Shown here: positions 61,288-64,000 of the stretch, piece after piece
Layout of the letters: each line of letters starts with the position of its first letter
Position numbering within the stretch: position 1 is the stretch's first letter
Virus record (IMG/VR): IMGVR_UViG_3300029288_000115
Location: 1-64,000 of that record
Reading direction: 5' to 3' (one strand)
Source of the DNA: a virus
Taxonomy: Duplodnaviria; Caudoviricetes
Length of the DNA: 64,000 nucleotides
Position numbers and translations under genes: made by a program
The notes under the pieces: generated by a model
What the model saw: only the letters and a program-made list of their open reading frames with translations
Told to the model about the DNA's origin: nothing
Database searches by the model: none

Positions 61288-61938
61288 TTACTCAATTATG
61301 AAATTAGATACAAAATGTGCTCCAGCATTCTTCATCTCAACTATTGCTGCTTTAGCCGCTTTAGCCTCAACCCCGCGAATCATAGACTCAATTACCGAAA
61401 CTTTATAACCATATTTAAGAAAGCCTAAAACCGCAGCCTTCACACAATACTCCGTCGCAACTCCAAATATATAAACGTCTGAAACATTAAATTGCTCATT
61501 TGCAAGTTTTAAAGCATCTATCAACAGAGGATTTGTAAAAACATCAAACGTTTGCTTTTCAAAAAATACTGGAAGCCAATCCGTTGTTAGCCCCAAAGGT
61601 CCCACAAGCTCCACGGGATTAGTACTGATAGACCTAAAGACAGAAATATTTTGATATATCTCATCAATAAGACTTACTCCCATCGTTCCGCGTATACAAT
61701 GTGGTGGAAACCTTTTAAACTCTGGGTCATTATGCATATGATAATCCATTGAACCCCAAAGAGGTATTCCGTTCTCTCTAGCGTGCCGCACCAACATAGC
61801 AATACCGGTCTTTATCTTCCTTGCTCCAGGGACATAAAGGGAACCACTTGGATTCATAAAGTCATTTTGTACATCTACAGCAAAAAACATTTTCATACTA
61901 ATTCCCCACTTTCCTTCTATATAAATTACCAGCGGCAT
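61288..61938 (-). CDS. pncA: Nicotinamidase (isochorismatase family)
   Basis: VDVQNDF..GSL...DYH...PPHC..GT.G...K...GVATEYCV. Confidence 0.88.
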   Translation of the reverse strand: MPLVIYIEGKWGISMKMFFAVDVQNDFMNPSGSLYVPGARKIKTGIAMLVRHARENGIPLWGSMDYHMHNDPEFKRFPPHCIRGTMGVSLIDEIYQNISVFRSISTNPVELVGPLGLTTDWLPVFFEKQTFDVFTNPLLIDALKLANEQFNVSDVYIFGVATEYCVKAAVLGFLKYGYKVSVIESMIRGVEAKAAKAAIVEMKNAGAHFVSNFIIE

Positions 61939-62302
61939 AAGCCTTCTCTGTTTCCCAAACTTTTACTTCCAAACCAGTCCAATCAACATTCTGCACAGCA
62001 AACTCCATAGATAATTGATTTAAAAATTCTTCTACCAAATTTTCGGCGGTGGGTATCCCCTCAAAAACGTTATTGAGATTATGATGATCATATTTTCTAA
62101 GAATAGATTTTATTACTTCAAAATTAACAATCATACCGGTCTCATTGTTCACTTCTCCTTCAATATCAACTTCAATTTTAAAATTATGCCCATGCACATC
62201 CTCATAACATTTCCCAAAGGTGTTTTTATTCCACCTCCCATCTTTCTCTGGATTGTATAGCCTATGTGCAATAGCTATAGTATCTTCTAAATGTATTTTC
62301 AT
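61898..62302 (-). CDS. queD: 6-carboxytetrahydropterin synthase
   Basis: AHRL...C...HGHN...DH..LN...PTAEN...WET. Confidence 0.88.
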   Translation of the reverse strand: MKIHLEDTIAIAHRLYNPEKDGRWNKNTFGKCYEDVHGHNFKIEVDIEGEVNNETGMIVNFEVIKSILRKYDHHNLNNVFEGIPTAENLVEEFLNQLSMEFAVQNVDWTGLEVKVWETEKAYAAGNLYRRKVGN

Positions 62303-62889
62303 TCTCTACCTCCTGCTAATAACTTAGGATTCACATAAGATTTAAACTTCTTATCACACGTAGGAATTAATTCAATATCACTGTCTACTTCGTTTCCCCA
62401 AGCATCCCAACCTTCTATTTTTTGTCTTGCAAATAATTCTATTCTTGGTTCTAACCGCGTCATCTCTATAATTGTTCTAGCATAGTCAGGCTTTTGAGAA
62501 TGTACTCTAGCCACATCCTTAAAATAATTAGGAATTTGTAAACCAAAAGCCTTAACCTCTCCTTTCACACCTAACCATAACTCTTCAATCACACCTCTAA
62601 ACCAAAACCCCATTCCTAATCTACCCATCTTTCTCCAATATATTTTTGTTTTATACGTATAACCCCAAGCCTTCATAACCTCCATAGCCTCTTCTTGCAT
62701 TGGGCATGTTACCCATAGAAATAACACAGAATTATTACTCATAATATTCTGAATTGGTAAAGACATAATCTGCTCAAGAGTCATTGTAGAATAACCTAAC
62801 TCATATTTATGATTATAAGACCATGGGGGATCAGCATAAACCACTTTATATTTCTTATATTTATCGACACCATTCTCAGTAACCATCAA
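62299..62889 (-). CDS. MT-A70-family adenine methyltransferase
   Basis: ADPPW, LFLW, WG..Y, HSQKP, IELFAR, GWDAWGNE. Confidence 0.9.
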   Translation of the reverse strand: MMVTENGVDKYKKYKVVYADPPWSYNHKYELGYSTMTLEQIMSLPIQNIMSNNSVLFLWVTCPMQEEAMEVMKAWGYTYKTKIYWRKMGRLGMGFWFRGVIEELWLGVKGEVKAFGLQIPNYFKDVARVHSQKPDYARTIIEMTRLEPRIELFARQKIEGWDAWGNEVDSDIELIPTCDKKFKSYVNPKLLAGGRE

Positions 62890-63018
62890 TATCTTCTACC
62901 TCATACTCATTACCACAACGCAAACATTTATAATACGATTCACACTCAAAAATATCTACTAACTCTAATTCTCCAGTACAATCTGGGCAATATTTCATTC
63001 TACCTCCAAGTTTAAAAC

Positions 63019-63249
63019 CAACCTCGGCGGGATTCGAACCCGCTACGATTTTTTAAGGATGTCTCGTAACATCTGCTGTCTAGGTCCACTCGAGATTTGC
63101 CAATTAAATCTAGTACATTCCTGACCCCAAAGCTGTAAGTCTTATAGCTGTAGATCGCGGCATTTCGTTTTGACATACGAAAGAGAAATGTATGCGCTCC
63201 ATATTTAACATCCCAAATTTTCCACGGTGTTCCCAGCCACCACAAGGTT
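63019..63249 (-). ncRNA. tRNA-like RNA with a ~160-nt internal domain in place of the anticodon arm
   Basis: Acceptor AACCUUG/CGAGGUU; T-arm GCGGG-UUCGAAU-CCCGC; D-like arm GGUG-GCUGGGAA-CACC. Confidence 0.65.
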
Positions 63250-63284
63250 AGCAATAACAATAGAGTTTAGTTTATTTTTATTTG

Positions 63285-63692
63285 CTAATTGCCAATGGGT
63301 ATCGCTAATCCAGCATAAACGCCATACATCCAAGCATCATTACTATCATCAAAATCTCTTGCACCAAAAACCCCACCGCTAGTATATTTCAATAACTGCC
63401 AATCAATTCCAAAATATTCCGCAACTTTCTTGGCATCTACAGATAGTCCCAACAAGGGTAAAGTCTCAGTACTATCACCAATCACGCCAGCCTCTAAACT
63501 TAAAACCTTATAAGATACTATTGGTATAGTACCCCCAGCGTAAGTTTTCTCACTGTTAAAGTCATAAAATATGGCAGCTTTAAGTTCAGTAAAGCCAGTT
63601 TCAAGTCGTATCTCTTCACAAAAACCCTTTCCAGAAAAGATACATAAGCCAATCACCATAACCAATATCGGTAAATAGACTTTTAACTTCAT
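63285..63692 (-). CDS. Exported protein, possibly a small outer-membrane beta-barrel
   Basis: Signal peptide MKLKVYLPILVMVIGLCIFS; alternating hydrophobic strands. Confidence 0.45.
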   Translation of the reverse strand: MKLKVYLPILVMVIGLCIFSGKGFCEEIRLETGFTELKAAIFYDFNSEKTYAGGTIPIVSYKVLSLEAGVIGDSTETLPLLGLSVDAKKVAEYFGIDWQLLKYTSGGVFGARDFDDSNDAWMYGVYAGLAIPIGN

Positions 63693-64000
63693 AACTAATC
63701 ACCTCCTTCTTGGTATATTTTTAACTTTCCAATTATATTTTCGTAACAAAGCTAAACCGTCATTATTAACACTATAACCTTTCTCTAAAAGTTGAATTAC
63801 AAGACTTAATTGCTTTCTACCTAAGATAATTAACTGAATTGCGTTTGAATATAAATTCTTCTTTGCTATATTTAACATCCATAAAATCGTAGTCTTCATA
63901 TTAATTATCAAATTTCTCTAGGGGTCTCGGCATACCCCTATGTTGTATTTTTACCACCAAACGTTATGGTATACAATTTGCCCTTCCTCTATCATATCTT

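Noticed and set aside
63019-63249. Canonical tmRNA (ssrA) or a standard tRNA
   Set aside because: Lacks the GGGG/CCACCA ends and G3-U70, has no convincing Ala-ending tag frame, and has no 7-nt anticodon loop
63012-63260. 82-aa ORF from the track
   Set aside because: No RBS, and it coincides with the structured tRNA-like RNA
1-64000. The + strand ORFs in the track
   Set aside because: They are antisense shadows of well-supported - strand genes, with no recognisable motifs
1-64000. Stop-codon reassignment
   Set aside because: Standard-code ORFs tile the window densely; the breaks are explained by introns or a single frameshift
1-64000. CRISPR array or diversity-generating retroelement
   Set aside because: No regularly spaced repeats, no reverse transcriptase and no adenine-specific TR/VR pair seen; the 47.8/48.3 kb repeat is a duplicated gene start

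Overview
The window is an internal 64-kb segment of a large, AT-rich myovirus genome with T4-like head and tail gene organisation. Essentially all genes lie on the - strand. In transcription order (right to left) it holds: (i) a tRNA-like ncRNA and accessory genes (MT-A70 methyltransferase, QueD, PncA plus nicotinate phosphoribosyltransferase, a fused Mre11-Rad50/SbcCD, GroES, RuvC-like resolvase); (ii) a frameshifted probable small terminase, the large terminase and a sigma factor; (iii) an island of small ORFs; (iv) a head module with an intein-containing portal, peptide deformylase, a tubulin/FtsZ-family GTPase, a 922-aa prohead protease-scaffold fusion and a major capsid gene split by two group I introns; (v) more than a dozen genes sharing a short N-terminal leader that resembles the T4 capsid-targeting sequence; (vi) neck, sheath, tube, tape measure, baseplate, PAAR and fibre genes. 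The most notable items are the doubly intron-split capsid gene, the putative head-cargo leader system, the tubulin gene within the head operon, a PncA/PncB NAD-salvage pair and a 231-nt tRNA-like RNA. All assignments come from reading motifs and synteny by eye; no database search was run.
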